Below, piece after piece: positions 8,833-18,586 of a stretch of DNA of 64,000 nucleotides. Origin of the DNA: an uncultured Solirubrobacterales bacterium (GTDB lineage Bacteria; Actinomycetota; Thermoleophilia; Solirubrobacterales; Solirubrobacteraceae); the NCBI GenBank assembly GCA_963833205.1, contig CAWHWZ010000003.1, positions 222,130 to 286,129 on the forward strand. Reading direction: 5' to 3'. The position numbers and the translations under genes are program-made. The notes below the pieces were generated by a model. It ran no database searches. It saw nothing but the letters and a program-made list of their open reading frames with translations, and had not been told where the DNA came from. Each line of letters starts with the position of its first letter. Position 1 is the stretch's first letter.

Positions 8833-9005
8833 GCCTGTGCAGCGTAGCGCCCTGCGGCAGGCCATGGAGGGCCTGCCCCCAGCCACCCCCGCGCCCCCCA
8901 ACCACGCGCGCGGACGCTCCCCAATGACCCGCTCACGTCTCCCCGCGGCGCCCGGTTGTAGGATTGGCTTCCGTTCTGTTCCCGACATGCGAGGTCGCAG
9001 ATCCC

Positions 9006-10262
9006 GTGGCAATCGACTTGAAGCAAATCTCCGAGGTGGACACTGAGCCGGGCGAGCTGCCCAAGACGATGGCCGCGTGGGTGATCCGCGAGGAGCGCCA
9101 GGGCGAACCGAAGGACGCCTTCCAGCTCGAGGAGATCGAGGTCCCCGAGCCGGGCGCATTCGAGGTGATCGTGCGCGTGATGGCGGCGGGCGTCAACTAC
9201 AACAACGTGTGGGCAGCGCTGGGCAAGCCGGTGGGGGTGTGGCGCTACGGCGACCACCCCGAGTTCGGCCACCACATCGGCGGCTCGGACGCCTCTGGCA
9301 TCGTCTGGAAGGTCGGCCCCGGCGTCACCCGCTGGAAGCCCGGCGACGAGGTGGTGGTGCACTGCAACCAGGCCTCCTACGAGGACCCCGAGGTGCACGG
9401 CCTCGACCCGATGGCCGCCCCCTCGCAGAAGATCTGGGGCTATGAGACCACGTGGGGCTCGTTTGCGCAGTTCACCAAAGTGCAGGCCCAGCAGCTGCTG
9501 CCCAAGCCGGCGTCGCTGAACTGGGAGGAGGCCGCCTCCTACGGCCTCGTGTACTTCACCGCCTACCGCATGTTGATCACCCGCTGCAACCTGCAGGCCG
9601 GCCAGAAGGTGCTGATCTGGGGGGCGGCAGGCGGGCTCGGCGTGTTCGCCACCCAGCTGTGCGCCGCCGCCGGCGCGCACTGCGTCGGCGTGGTGTCCTC
9701 CGCGGAGAAGGGCGCTTTGGTGAAGCGTCTCGGCGCCGCCGACTACATCGACCGCGCGGAGTTCGCGGGGATGATGCGCAAAGGCGGGGAGTCCCCCGAG
9801 GAGGAGAAGGCCCGCTTCGGCGTCTCCCGCGAATTCTCCAAGCGCGTGAAGGGGATCCTCGGCGACGCGCCCGACATCGTCTTCGAGCACGTGGGTCAGG
9901 CGACGTTTCCGACCTCGGTGTTCACCGTCAAGACGTTCGGCAAGGTCGTCATCTGCGCCGGCACCACCGGCTTCAACCTCGACTTCGACGTGCGCTACCT
10001 GTGGATGAAGCAGAAGGAGATCATCGGCAGCCACTTCGCCAACGCGTACGAGTGCACGAAGGCCAACGAGCTGATCGACTCCGGGCAGATCCGCCCCGTG
10101 CTGTGGCGCACGCTCGGCTTCGATGGCGTCGCCGAAGCGCACCAGCTGATGCTCGAAAACAAGCACCTCGGCAAGATCTCGATCCTCGTCGGCGCCGACT
10201 CCGAGGGCCAGGGCAGGACGGCCGATGGCCCGGGAGCAATCCACGCGGAGGTGGGAGGCTGA
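9006..10262 (+). CDS. ccr: Crotonyl-CoA carboxylase/reductase
   Basis: VMAAGVNYNNVW, HIGGSDASG, IWGYET.WGSFAQF, LIWGAAGGLG, DIVFEH, RYLWM.QK.I.GSHFAN. Confidence 0.93.
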   Translation: MAIDLKQISEVDTEPGELPKTMAAWVIREERQGEPKDAFQLEEIEVPEPGAFEVIVRVMAAGVNYNNVWAALGKPVGVWRYGDHPEFGHHIGGSDASGIVWKVGPGVTRWKPGDEVVVHCNQASYEDPEVHGLDPMAAPSQKIWGYETTWGSFAQFTKVQAQQLLPKPASLNWEEAASYGLVYFTAYRMLITRCNLQAGQKVLIWGAAGGLGVFATQLCAAAGAHCVGVVSSAEKGALVKRLGAADYIDRAEFAGMMRKGGESPEEEKARFGVSREFSKRVKGILGDAPDIVFEHVGQATFPTSVFTVKTFGKVVICAGTTGFNLDFDVRYLWMKQKEIIGSHFANAYECTKANELIDSGQIRPVLWRTLGFDGVAEAHQLMLENKHLGKISILVGADSEGQGRTADGPGAIHAEVGG

Positions 10263-10326
10263 TGGCCGGCGGGCGACCCGCCATGGGGCCGAGCAAAGCC
10301 ACTGGCACCGGGGAGGTGGATGGCTG

Positions 10327-10731
10327 ATGGCCGGCAAGGGCAATGGCACCGTAATCGTCCCGTGGTACGCCACGGGCTTCCGCGCCGAGGGCTTTGGCGC
10401 CGCGCTGGAGCAGGCCGCGGCGCTGGCGCTGCGCTACGGCGCGGAGTCCTACGCGGTGTACCGCTCGCGCGATGACCGCTACCGCTACCAGCAGCTGGCC
10501 CTCTTCGAGCGCCACGCCGACTGGGAGCGCTACTGGGAAGGCCCCGAGATGATCGACTTCCGCGCGCGCCACTCCTCCTGGTACCAGGTGCCGGTGCTGT
10601 ACGGCTGGTGGGACCTCACCGCCGCGGGGTCGGTATCGGAAGAGACGGAGTGGGCCACCCCACCGCCTGAGCCCCCGGAGCCTGAGGGCAACGGCCACGC
10701 GGGCAACGGCGTCCACGTACGCCACGTATAG
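10327..10731 (+). CDS. Hypothetical protein (possible ABM-like dimeric alpha/beta barrel)
   Basis: Well-formed ORF after ccr with GGAGG upstream; YAVYRS.DD..RYQQ...F....DW..YW pattern. Confidence 0.6.
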   Translation: MAGKGNGTVIVPWYATGFRAEGFGAALEQAAALALRYGAESYAVYRSRDDRYRYQQLALFERHADWERYWEGPEMIDFRARHSSWYQVPVLYGWWDLTAAGSVSEETEWATPPPEPPEPEGNGHAGNGVHVRHV

Positions 10732-10776
10732 GTCAGGCGCATGTTGCATCGCGCCTGTGACGGCCCGCCCAGAACT

Positions 10777-11199
10777 TCACGGGCTGATCAGCGCAAGCCC
10801 GGGCAATAGGTCTCTGTAGCGAGTCGCGTCGCGAGTCAGCAACGCCCGTCCGCTCACGGCGGCGTGCGCCCCGATGTAGAAGTCCGGAAGCGGCGAGCGC
10901 CTCACCCCGCCGCGCCGTCGATACTCGCGAAAGCACTTCCCCGCCAAGAAGGCGGCCTGCCATGGCAAAGCCTCGCGCCGCAGTTGCGCCGGCAGAGCGT
11001 CCTCCAGATCCTCGACTCGCTCGAAGCCAACGGAGACCTCGGCGTAGATGATCGGGTTGACGATTACCGCGCCCGTATCGAACGCCTCGGCCAATGCAGC
11101 GCTCGACCAATCCATCCACGTCGGGTCGCAGGTGAAGAGGTCGAGCAGGACGTTGGCGTCGACGAGCGTGCCGCCAGGCGCGGACTCAGTCCTCGCCAC
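10777..11199 (-). CDS. vapC: VapC/PIN domain toxin
   Basis: LVDANVLLD, IIYAE, RSPLPDFYIGAHA, LLTRD. Confidence 0.9.
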   Translation of the reverse strand: MARTESAPGGTLVDANVLLDLFTCDPTWMDWSSAALAEAFDTGAVIVNPIIYAEVSVGFERVEDLEDALPAQLRREALPWQAAFLAGKCFREYRRRGGVRRSPLPDFYIGAHAAVSGRALLTRDATRYRDLLPGLALISP

Positions 11200-11416
11200 G
11201 AGTGAGCGCCATGATCTCGTCGGTGCTCATCGCCACCGTTCCGCGTCCAACCATCCGCTCAACCAGCTCTCTCCCCCCGCTGGTGCGGCCGCGCACCAGC
11301 CGCGCGCCGTGATCGTCGATCTGGAAGTCGACCTCGCTGCCCGGCTCGATGCCAAGCCGCTCGCGGACTGCCCGAGGGATCGTCACCTGGCCCTTGCTGG
11401 TTACCCGCATTGGCAT
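11186..11416 (-). CDS. AbrB/MazE family antitoxin
   Basis: MRVTSKGQVTIPRAVRERLGIEPG; overlaps the toxin start. Confidence 0.9.
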   Translation of the reverse strand: MPMRVTSKGQVTIPRAVRERLGIEPGSEVDFQIDDHGARLVRGRTSGGRELVERMVGRGTVAMSTDEIMALTRGED

Positions 11417-11429
11417 ATCCTACCACCAT

Positions 11430-11449
11430 GTAATACCCACGGGTATTAC
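11430..11449. promoter_or_regulatory. Palindromic operator of the vapBC operon
   Basis: Perfect 9-bp inverted repeat GTAATACCC-AC-GGGTATTAC just upstream of the antitoxin. Confidence 0.7.
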
Positions 11450-11474
11450 GAACGTAGGGGGACGCAAGCGAGGG

Positions 11475-11762
11475 TCAGCACTTCTCCAGCGGCGCCATCG
11501 TGAGGCCCGCGCCCTTCAGCTGCTCCCAGTAGTGCTCGGCCGGCTCCTTGTGGCCGTTGTAGACAACCGCCTGCCCGCTGTTGTGGATCTGGTTGGCGTA
11601 TTGGTGGCCCTGCTCCAACGTCACGCCAGGGATGAAGCGCGCCAGCGTGCGGGCGACGTGGTCGAAGGTGTTGTGGTCGTCGTTGCGCACGATCACCCGC
11701 CACGAGCCGTCCATCCCCGTGTGCGGGCCGCCTGTTCTCGGTAGCTCAATGGTCTCTGTCAT
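11475..11762 (-). CDS. clpS: ATP-dependent Clp protease adaptor ClpS
   Basis: WRVIVRNDDHNTFDHV...IHNSGQAVV. Confidence 0.88.
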   Translation of the reverse strand: MTETIELPRTGGPHTGMDGSWRVIVRNDDHNTFDHVARTLARFIPGVTLEQGHQYANQIHNSGQAVVYNGHKEPAEHYWEQLKGAGLTMAPLEKC

Positions 11763-11806
11763 GGATCGGCAGCATAAAGCCCGGGGCGCGGCCTTACAAT
11801 CAAGGC

Positions 11807-13885
11807 ATGGACAACGATCAGACCCACCGCCTGCCCGAGCGCGACCGCCCGTGGATGATGCGCACCTACGCGGGGCACTCCACGGCGAAGGCGTCCAACG
11901 AGCTGTATAGGCGCAACCTAGAGAAGGGCCAGACGGGGCTGTCGGTGGCGTTCGACCTGCCGACGCAGACGGGGTATGACCCCGACGACGAGCTGGCGCG
12001 CGGCGAGGTGGGCAAGGTCGGCGTGCCGGTCGTCCACCGCGGCGACATGGAAGCGCTGATGGAGGGCATCCCGCTGGGGGAGATGAACACCTCGATGACG
12101 ATCAACGCCACCGCGGCGTGGCTGCTGGCGCTGTACATCGTCGCCGCCGAGGCTCAGGGCGTGCCGCGGGAGCGGCTGCAGGGCACCACCCAGAACGACA
12201 TCATCAAGGAGTTCCTGGCGCGCGGCACCTACGCGTTCCCTCCGGCGCCCTCGATGCGGCTGATCGCCGACACGATCGCCTACACGGTCGAGCACGTGCC
12301 GAAGTGGAACCCGATCAACATCTGCTCCTACCACCTGCAGGAGGCCGGCGCCACGCCGGTGCAGGAGATCGCCTACGCGATGAGCAACGCGATCGCGGTG
12401 CTGGACTCCGTCAGGGAGAGGATCGGCGGCGACCCCGAGCGGATCGCGCAGGTGTTCGGCAGGATCTCGTTCTTCGTCAACGCGGGCGTGCGCTTCGTCG
12501 AGGAGCACGCGAAGCTGCGCGCGATGGGGATTCTGTGGGAGGAGCTGGGCAGGGAGCGCTACGGGGTAACCGACCCGAAGCTGCTGCGCCTGCGCTACGG
12601 CGTGCAGGTCAACTCGCTGGGCCTGACCGAGGCGCAGCCGGAGAACAACGTGCAGCGGATCGTGCTGGAGGCGCTGGCGGTGACGATCGGCCGCGACGCG
12701 CGCGCGCGGGCGATCCAGCTGCCGGCGTGGAATGAGGCGCTGGGCCTGCCGCGCCCGTGGGATCAGCAGTGGTCGCTGCGCATCCAGCAGGTACTGGCGT
12801 ATGAGACCGACATCCTCGAGTACCCCGACATCTTCGAGGGATCGAAGGTGATGAACGGCCTGGTCGAGGAGCTGCTGGAGGGCGCGCGCGCGGAGATGGC
12901 GGTGGTGGCCGAGCACGGCGGCGCGGTGGAGGCCGTCCCCTACATGAAGGCCGCTTTGGTGGACTCCCACCGCGAGCGCCTGCGCCGGATCGAGGCGCTC
13001 GAGCAGACGGTGGTGGGCCAGAACCGCTTCACCGAGAGCGAGGATTCGCCGCTGACCGCCGATGGATTAGGACCCACCCGCCCCAGCATCCTCGTCGTGG
13101 ACCCCGCCGTGGAGGCCCACCAGATCGAGGCGCTGCGCAGCTGGCGCGCGCAACGCGACCAGTCCGCGGTGGAAGCCGCCCTCGCGGAGCTGGCGAGCGC
13201 CGCCGGCGATCCCGACGAGAACCTGATGGAGCCGACGATCGCCGCCGCGCGCGCGGGCGCCACCACCGGCGAGTGGGCGGCGACGCTGCGCGAGGTGTTC
13301 GGCAGCTACCGCGCCCCGACGGGCGTGGGCGAGGCGAGCGGCGCCCCAGCGGAGGATCTCGACGCAACGGGCGCCGACGCCGACGGCGCCACCGTCGGGA
13401 ACGGCGGCGAAGCGGCGCGGGAGCTGGCGAGGGTGCGAGAGCAGGTCGCCGTACTCGCCGAGCGCCTCGGCCGCCGCCCGAAGATCCTGGTGGGCAAGCC
13501 CGGTCTGGATGGCCACTCCAACGGCGCCGAGCAGATCGCCGTGCGTGCGCGCGACGCCGGCATGGACGTGGTGTATGAGGGGATCCGCCTCACCCCCACT
13601 CAGATAGCCGCATCGGCGCTGCAGGAGGGCGTGCACGTGATCGGCCTCTCGATCCTCTCGGGCTCCCACCGCGAGCTGATCCCCGCCGTGATCGACGCGC
13701 TGCGCGAGGCGGGCGTCACCGCGCCCGTGGTGGTGGGCGGGATCATCCCCGAGCAGGATGTGGCCGCGCTGAAGCGGGCGGGCGTCGCGGCGGTGTACAC
13801 GCCAAAGGACTTCGACCTGACGCGCATCATCGGCGACATTGTGGAGCTGGTGGGCGAGCGGGGCGGCGTCGTCGCCACGGTGTAG
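11807..13885 (+). CDS. ecm: Ethylmalonyl-CoA mutase (MeaA/Ecm), B12-dependent
   Basis: DRPWMMRTYAGHS, NICSYHLQEAGATP, QLPAWNEALGLPRPWDQQWSLR, GKPGLDGHSNG cobalamin motif. Confidence 0.92.
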   Translation: MDNDQTHRLPERDRPWMMRTYAGHSTAKASNELYRRNLEKGQTGLSVAFDLPTQTGYDPDDELARGEVGKVGVPVVHRGDMEALMEGIPLGEMNTSMTINATAAWLLALYIVAAEAQGVPRERLQGTTQNDIIKEFLARGTYAFPPAPSMRLIADTIAYTVEHVPKWNPINICSYHLQEAGATPVQEIAYAMSNAIAVLDSVRERIGGDPERIAQVFGRISFFVNAGVRFVEEHAKLRAMGILWEELGRERYGVTDPKLLRLRYGVQVNSLGLTEAQPENNVQRIVLEALAVTIGRDARARAIQLPAWNEALGLPRPWDQQWSLRIQQVLAYETDILEYPDIFEGSKVMNGLVEELLEGARAEMAVVAEHGGAVEAVPYMKAALVDSHRERLRRIEALEQTVVGQNRFTESEDSPLTADGLGPTRPSILVVDPAVEAHQIEALRSWRAQRDQSAVEAALAELASAAGDPDENLMEPTIAAARAGATTGEWAATLREVFGSYRAPTGVGEASGAPAEDLDATGADADGATVGNGGEAARELARVREQVAVLAERLGRRPKILVGKPGLDGHSNGAEQIAVRARDAGMDVVYEGIRLTPTQIAASALQEGVHVIGLSILSGSHRELIPAVIDALREAGVTAPVVVGGIIPEQDVAALKRAGVAAVYTPKDFDLTRIIGDIVELVGERGGVVATV

Positions 13886-14889
13886 TGGACGGCGCGCAAC
13901 TCGGGGCACGGCTGCGCGGGGGCGACCTCACGGCCGCGCCGGCGACGCTCAACCTGTTGGAGAGCACCACTGCCGCCGACCGCGAACAGGCGAAGGCGCT
14001 GCTGCGCGAAGTCTCCCCCGTGGCGCTCGGGGGCGAGGCGCGGGGACACATAATCGGCGTCACCGGCCCTCCGGGCGCGGGCAAGTCGACGCTGCTGTCG
14101 GCGCTGCTGCACGAGTGGCGGACCCCCGGTCCCGCTCCGGCGGCCCCCGCCAGGGAAGAGGCGGGCCGCACGGTGGCGATGCTGGCGGTGGACCCCTCCT
14201 CGCGCCGCTCCGGCGGCTCGCTGCTGGGCGACCGCGCGCGGATCGAGTTCGACCCGTCCGACCGCGGCGTGCTCATCCGCTCCACGGCCGCCGGCGAGCG
14301 ACTGGGCGGTCTCGCCTGGGGAACCCGCGCGGCGGCGCAGGCGCTGGCGGCGGCATTCGACGTGGTGGTGGTGGAGACGGTGGGGGTGGGTCAGGCGGAG
14401 ACCGAGGTGGCTGAGGTCGCCGACACCGTCGTGGTGGTGGTACAGCCCGGCAGCGGCGACGTGCTGCAGTTCCTGAAGTCGGGGATCATGGAGATCCCCG
14501 ACGTGCTGGTGGTCACCAAGGCCGATCTCGGCCAGGTGGCGCTCAGCGCCCGGCGCGACCTGAGCGCCGCGCTGCGCTCGCTGGGCCGGCGCTCCACCTC
14601 CGTCGCCGCGGTCTCCTCGCTCCCACCGCCCACCGGGGTCGACGAGCTGCTGGGCCTCCTCGACCAGCGCTGGTCGCTCCTCACCGCCGACGGCGCCACC
14701 AAGCTCGCGGCGCGGCGCCTACGCACGCGGCGTGCGGGCGCCCTCACCGACTTCGCCGTGGAGCACGGCGAGCGCGGCCTGCGCGCGCTCGGCGGACGGC
14801 GCGTGGCAGAGCGGTGGCTGGCCGAGCAGGACCCCACGCTGGACGAGGCGGCGCTCGCGGCGGCGCTGGAAGGCAAGATATCCGGCTGA
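13885..14889 (+). CDS. meaB: MeaB/ArgK family GTPase chaperone of the B12 mutase
   Basis: GVTGPPGAGKST, AVDPSS, LGDR.R, VETVGVGQ, GIMEI.D. Confidence 0.9.
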   Translation: MDGAQLGARLRGGDLTAAPATLNLLESTTAADREQAKALLREVSPVALGGEARGHIIGVTGPPGAGKSTLLSALLHEWRTPGPAPAAPAREEAGRTVAMLAVDPSSRRSGGSLLGDRARIEFDPSDRGVLIRSTAAGERLGGLAWGTRAAAQALAAAFDVVVVETVGVGQAETEVAEVADTVVVVVQPGSGDVLQFLKSGIMEIPDVLVVTKADLGQVALSARRDLSAALRSLGRRSTSVAAVSSLPPPTGVDELLGLLDQRWSLLTADGATKLAARRLRTRRAGALTDFAVEHGERGLRALGGRRVAERWLAEQDPTLDEAALAAALEGKISG

Positions 14890-15038
14890 TGGCACGCGAT
14901 CTGGCAATGATGCTCGGAGCGTTCGTGGCCGCCAGCGCGCTGGCGGGGGCGCTCGGCGCCGTCAACCTCGGCACGGCGCTGGCGTTCGGTCAGATCGGGT
15001 TTGCGATCGCCCTGGTGTACGTGCTTCTCCGACGCTGA
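14889..15038 (+). CDS. Small two-helix membrane protein
   Basis: TGATG coupling to meaB; MARDLAMMLGAFVAASALAGALGAVNLGTALAFGQIGFAIALVYVLLRR. Confidence 0.6.
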   Translation: MARDLAMMLGAFVAASALAGALGAVNLGTALAFGQIGFAIALVYVLLRR

Positions 15039-15043
15039 CGGTT

Positions 15044-16018
15044 ATGCTCCCCCGCGTGAGCACGGGCTGCTTCATCTCGCCGGGCAAGACGATCGAGGGC
15101 GCGGTCGAGCGCGTGAAGCTCGCCGAGGAGCTGGGCTACGAGTCGGTGTACGTGACGCACATCGCCGGCTGGGAGTCGCTGACGGTGCTGACCGCGTACG
15201 CCACCGCCACCAGCAGGATCAGGGTGGGCACGGGCGTGGTGCCGATCTACACGCGCACGCCCGCCACGATGGCGCAGACGGCCGCCACGATCGACGAGAT
15301 CTCCGGCGGTCGGCTGACGCTCGGGCTCGGTGTCTCGCACCGCCCGGTGGTGGAGGGCTGGCACGGGCAGAGCATCGACCGTCCCGCGCACGAGATGCGC
15401 GAATACCTGGCGATCGTGCGCGCGATCCTGCGCGGCGAGGACCCGCCGGCGGGCGAGAAGTGGCAGACCGGCTTTCACCTCTACGGCCTCGACACGCGCC
15501 CACAGCTGCCGATCTACGTGGCCGCCCTCTCCCCCGCGATGCTGCGCCTCGCCGGCGAGCTGGCCGACGGCGTGCTGCTGTGGCTGTGCTGCCCCGACTA
15601 CATCCGCGACGTGGTGATCCCCGAGGTGACGAAGGGACGCGAACGGGCCGGCAAGCCGCTGGAGGGCTTCGACGTGGTGCCGGCGGTGCCCACCGCGCGC
15701 GTGGATGACACCGCGGCGCCCCACGCGGCGATGCGCAGAGACCTGCTGCCCTATTTCGGCCTGCCCTTCTACCGCGCGATGCTGGAGCGCTCCGGCTTCG
15801 GCGCCGAGATCGAGGCGTTCGACGCCGCCGCGGGCGAAGTGGAGCAGATGAAGGCCGCAATATCCGAGCGTTTCCTGGCGCAGCTCACGGCTGTGGGTGA
15901 CGAGTCGGCGGTGCGTGCGGGCCTCGACCGCTACCGCGCGGCGGGCGCCACCTCGCCGTGCGTGGGGCCGATCCCCGGCACGGATTTCGAGGCCACGCTG
16001 CGAGCTGGAATCACGTAG
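15044..16018 (+). CDS. LLM class (luciferase-like) flavin/F420-dependent oxidoreductase
   Basis: AEELGYESV, T..IRVGTGV, SGGRLTLGLG, PIYVAALSP.MLRLAGELADG. Confidence 0.88.
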   Translation: MLPRVSTGCFISPGKTIEGAVERVKLAEELGYESVYVTHIAGWESLTVLTAYATATSRIRVGTGVVPIYTRTPATMAQTAATIDEISGGRLTLGLGVSHRPVVEGWHGQSIDRPAHEMREYLAIVRAILRGEDPPAGEKWQTGFHLYGLDTRPQLPIYVAALSPAMLRLAGELADGVLLWLCCPDYIRDVVIPEVTKGRERAGKPLEGFDVVPAVPTARVDDTAAPHAAMRRDLLPYFGLPFYRAMLERSGFGAEIEAFDAAAGEVEQMKAAISERFLAQLTAVGDESAVRAGLDRYRAAGATSPCVGPIPGTDFEATLRAGIT

Positions 16019-16140
16019 TCGCCGCGGCGCAGCCGGCGTGTGATCGCGGCATCGGATGGAGCGTCCGCGAGGGCGCCCCATCGGCTTGGTGGGCGCGAAT
16101 CGCCGCGTAACGCAATCCCCGTTCGTCAGACTGTGGAGGG

Positions 16141-17922
16141 ATGGCCCTCCTACTTGGCTTCGCCCTGCTTGCCGGCGCCGGGACAGCGCTCTCCCCGTGC
16201 GTGCTGCCGGTGCTGCCCGCGCTGCTGGCCTCCGGCGGCGCCGGCGGGCGGCGCCGGCCGCTGGGGGTGGTGCTCGGGCTGAGCCTGACGTTCGCGATCA
16301 CGATCGTCGGGATCGCGAAGGTCGCCGACGGGGTGGGCCTGGGGTCGGACCCGCTGCGCGCGGTCGCCGTGATCGTGCTGCTGGGCGCCGGCGCGATCCT
16401 GCTGGTGCCGCGCCTCGGCGAGCGCCTGGAGGCGCGGATGTCGCGCCTGGCGGCGTTCGGGGTGGGCGGGGCTCAAATCACTCGGGGGGACGGCTTTCGC
16501 TCGGGCCTGTTGGTGGGGGCGGCGCTCGGTTTCGTCTACACCCCCTGCGCGGGACCGATCCTCGCGGCGGTGATCTCGGTGGGCGCCGCCACTGGGCGCA
16601 GCGTGGCTGTGGGGATCGCCTACACGCTCGGCTCCGCCGCGGTGCTGCTCGCGCTGACGCTCGGCGGGCGCTCGCTGTTCGAACGGGTGCGCGCCGCCGG
16701 CCGCGGCCCCGCGCTGCAGCGCACGCTGGGGGCGATCATGGTGGCGACGGCGCTCGTGATCGTCACCGGCGAGGATGTGCGCTTCGACCAGTACATCGCC
16801 CAGCACATCCCCGAAGTCAACCTCACCGCAACGCTTGAGAAATCGCACGCCGTCGAAAGCCGCCTGCACGAGATCACCGGGCGCAAGTCCCGCTTCACCG
16901 CCAGCGTGGGCACGCCGGTCGCGGTGCATGGCGCCAGCCAGGCGACGCTGCTGAAGGACGCGCGCAAGCTGCCCGTGATCGCCACCGCGCCGGAATTCAA
17001 AGAAACCGAGGATTGGTTCAACACTGGGGCGGGCGGGCATTCAAACAAGCCGCTGACGCTGGCGGGGCTGCGCGGGCGGGTGGTGCTGGTCGACTTCTGG
17101 ACGTACACCTGCATCAACTGCATCCGCACGCTCCCCTACCTGAAGGCGTGGGACGCCACCTACCGGCGGGACGGCCTGACGATCGTCGGCGTGGAGACGC
17201 CCGAGTTCTCCTTCGAGCACGACGCCGCCAACGTGGCGAGCGCGATCTCCACATTCGGGATCAAATACCCCGTGGTGCAGGACAACGAATACGGCACCTG
17301 GGACGCCTACAACAACGAGTACTGGCCAGCCGACTACCTGATCGACGCCAACGGCAAGGTGCGCTACGTCGCGTTCGGGGAGGGCGACTACGACAAGACC
17401 GAATCGGCGATCCGCGCGCTGCTCGCCGAAGCGGGACACCACGTCGGCGGCAGGGGCCACCCGACCGGCGTGATCGTGCCGAGCGGGGAAACCTCGCCCG
17501 AGACCTACCTGGGCACCGCCCGCGCGCAGGGCTGGGTGAACGGCCCCGTCGGCGGCCTGCACGACTACGGCGCGGGCACGCACCCCAACCTCGAACTGGA
17601 CGCCTTCGCTTACAGCGGCAGCTGGAACATCTCCGAACAGCCCGCCGTGGCGGTCGCCCACGCGGGCATCGAAGCCAACGTGGAGGGCCGACACGTCTAC
17701 CTCGTGCTGAGCTCCGCCGGCAAGGTGCCGCGCCACGTCGAAGTGCTGCTCGACGGCCGGCGCATCCCCGCGGCCGACGCCGGTACGGACGTCCACAACG
17801 GCCTCGTGACCGTCACCGGCGAACGCCTCTACACGCTGGTCTCGCTGCCGCGCGACGAACAGCGGCGGCTGACTTTGCGATTCGAACCGGGCGTGACCGG
17901 CTACTCGTTCACGTTTGGGTAG
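16141..17922 (+). CDS. dipZ: DipZ (CcdA-like membrane domain plus thioredoxin plus C-terminal domain)
   Basis: SPCVLPVLP, TPCAGPIL, VDFWTYTCINC, SPETYLG. Confidence 0.9.
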   Translation: MALLLGFALLAGAGTALSPCVLPVLPALLASGGAGGRRRPLGVVLGLSLTFAITIVGIAKVADGVGLGSDPLRAVAVIVLLGAGAILLVPRLGERLEARMSRLAAFGVGGAQITRGDGFRSGLLVGAALGFVYTPCAGPILAAVISVGAATGRSVAVGIAYTLGSAAVLLALTLGGRSLFERVRAAGRGPALQRTLGAIMVATALVIVTGEDVRFDQYIAQHIPEVNLTATLEKSHAVESRLHEITGRKSRFTASVGTPVAVHGASQATLLKDARKLPVIATAPEFKETEDWFNTGAGGHSNKPLTLAGLRGRVVLVDFWTYTCINCIRTLPYLKAWDATYRRDGLTIVGVETPEFSFEHDAANVASAISTFGIKYPVVQDNEYGTWDAYNNEYWPADYLIDANGKVRYVAFGEGDYDKTESAIRALLAEAGHHVGGRGHPTGVIVPSGETSPETYLGTARAQGWVNGPVGGLHDYGAGTHPNLELDAFAYSGSWNISEQPAVAVAHAGIEANVEGRHVYLVLSSAGKVPRHVEVLLDGRRIPAADAGTDVHNGLVTVTGERLYTLVSLPRDEQRRLTLRFEPGVTGYSFTFG

Positions 17923-17992
17923 ACGGTATCCCAGCCCAGTCGAAGGCTGGGTGAGCTGGGCCCCTCGTTCTCCGGTCCGGCGCGTGCATACA

Positions 17993-18586
17993 ATGGGTCC
18001 CATGGAGAGCTCTGCCTCGGAGACAACCGCACGCAGCTGGCTGCGCTGCTACCGCTGCTGGTCGCAGGAGCTGGAGGTGCAGGTCCACTACGAGGGCATC
18101 CATAAGATCGACCCCGACACGGGCGAGCGCTCGGAAGTGGTGGATGAGCTGCAGGAGGCGGTGGTGCAGTGCCTTGACTGCATGCACGACCAGCCCCACC
18201 TGGGTTTCAGCAACGGTCGCGTGGAGCCGATCGAGGACCGCTGGGAACGGATGATCGCGGGCACCCCCTGGGTCGCCTCGTGCACCGTGACGGTGGACGC
18301 CGAAGACGTTGAGTCCTGTTCTGGTCCGGAGGCGGGCGACGCCCTCTCCTACGCCGCCTTCGGCGACCACGGGGTGAGGGAGTTCTTCACGCACGTGCGC
18401 TTCCACAAGCACGAAGACGACGCCCGCATCATCGTGCACCTGCTGGTCGAGCTGTACGCACGCTCGCTGGAGGAGGCCACCGAAGTGCTTGAGCAGGCCG
18501 CGCGCGGCCTGCTAACGATCACCTCGCTGGCCGAGGAGTCCCGCCCGCCCGCGTCAACCGACGGCGAGGCTCACTCGCACGATTAG
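17993..18586 (+). CDS. Hypothetical protein with N-terminal Zn-ribbon-like CxxC pairs
   Basis: CYRC and CLDC motifs; good codon bias. Confidence 0.65.
   Translation: MGPMESSASETTARSWLRCYRCWSQELEVQVHYEGIHKIDPDTGERSEVVDELQEAVVQCLDCMHDQPHLGFSNGRVEPIEDRWERMIAGTPWVASCTVTVDAEDVESCSGPEAGDALSYAAFGDHGVREFFTHVRFHKHEDDARIIVHLLVELYARSLEEATEVLEQAARGLLTITSLAEESRPPASTDGEAHSHD

Noticed and set aside
11762-11807. Cobalamin riboswitch upstream of ecm
   Set aside because: The intergenic gap is only about 45 bp and has no B12-box
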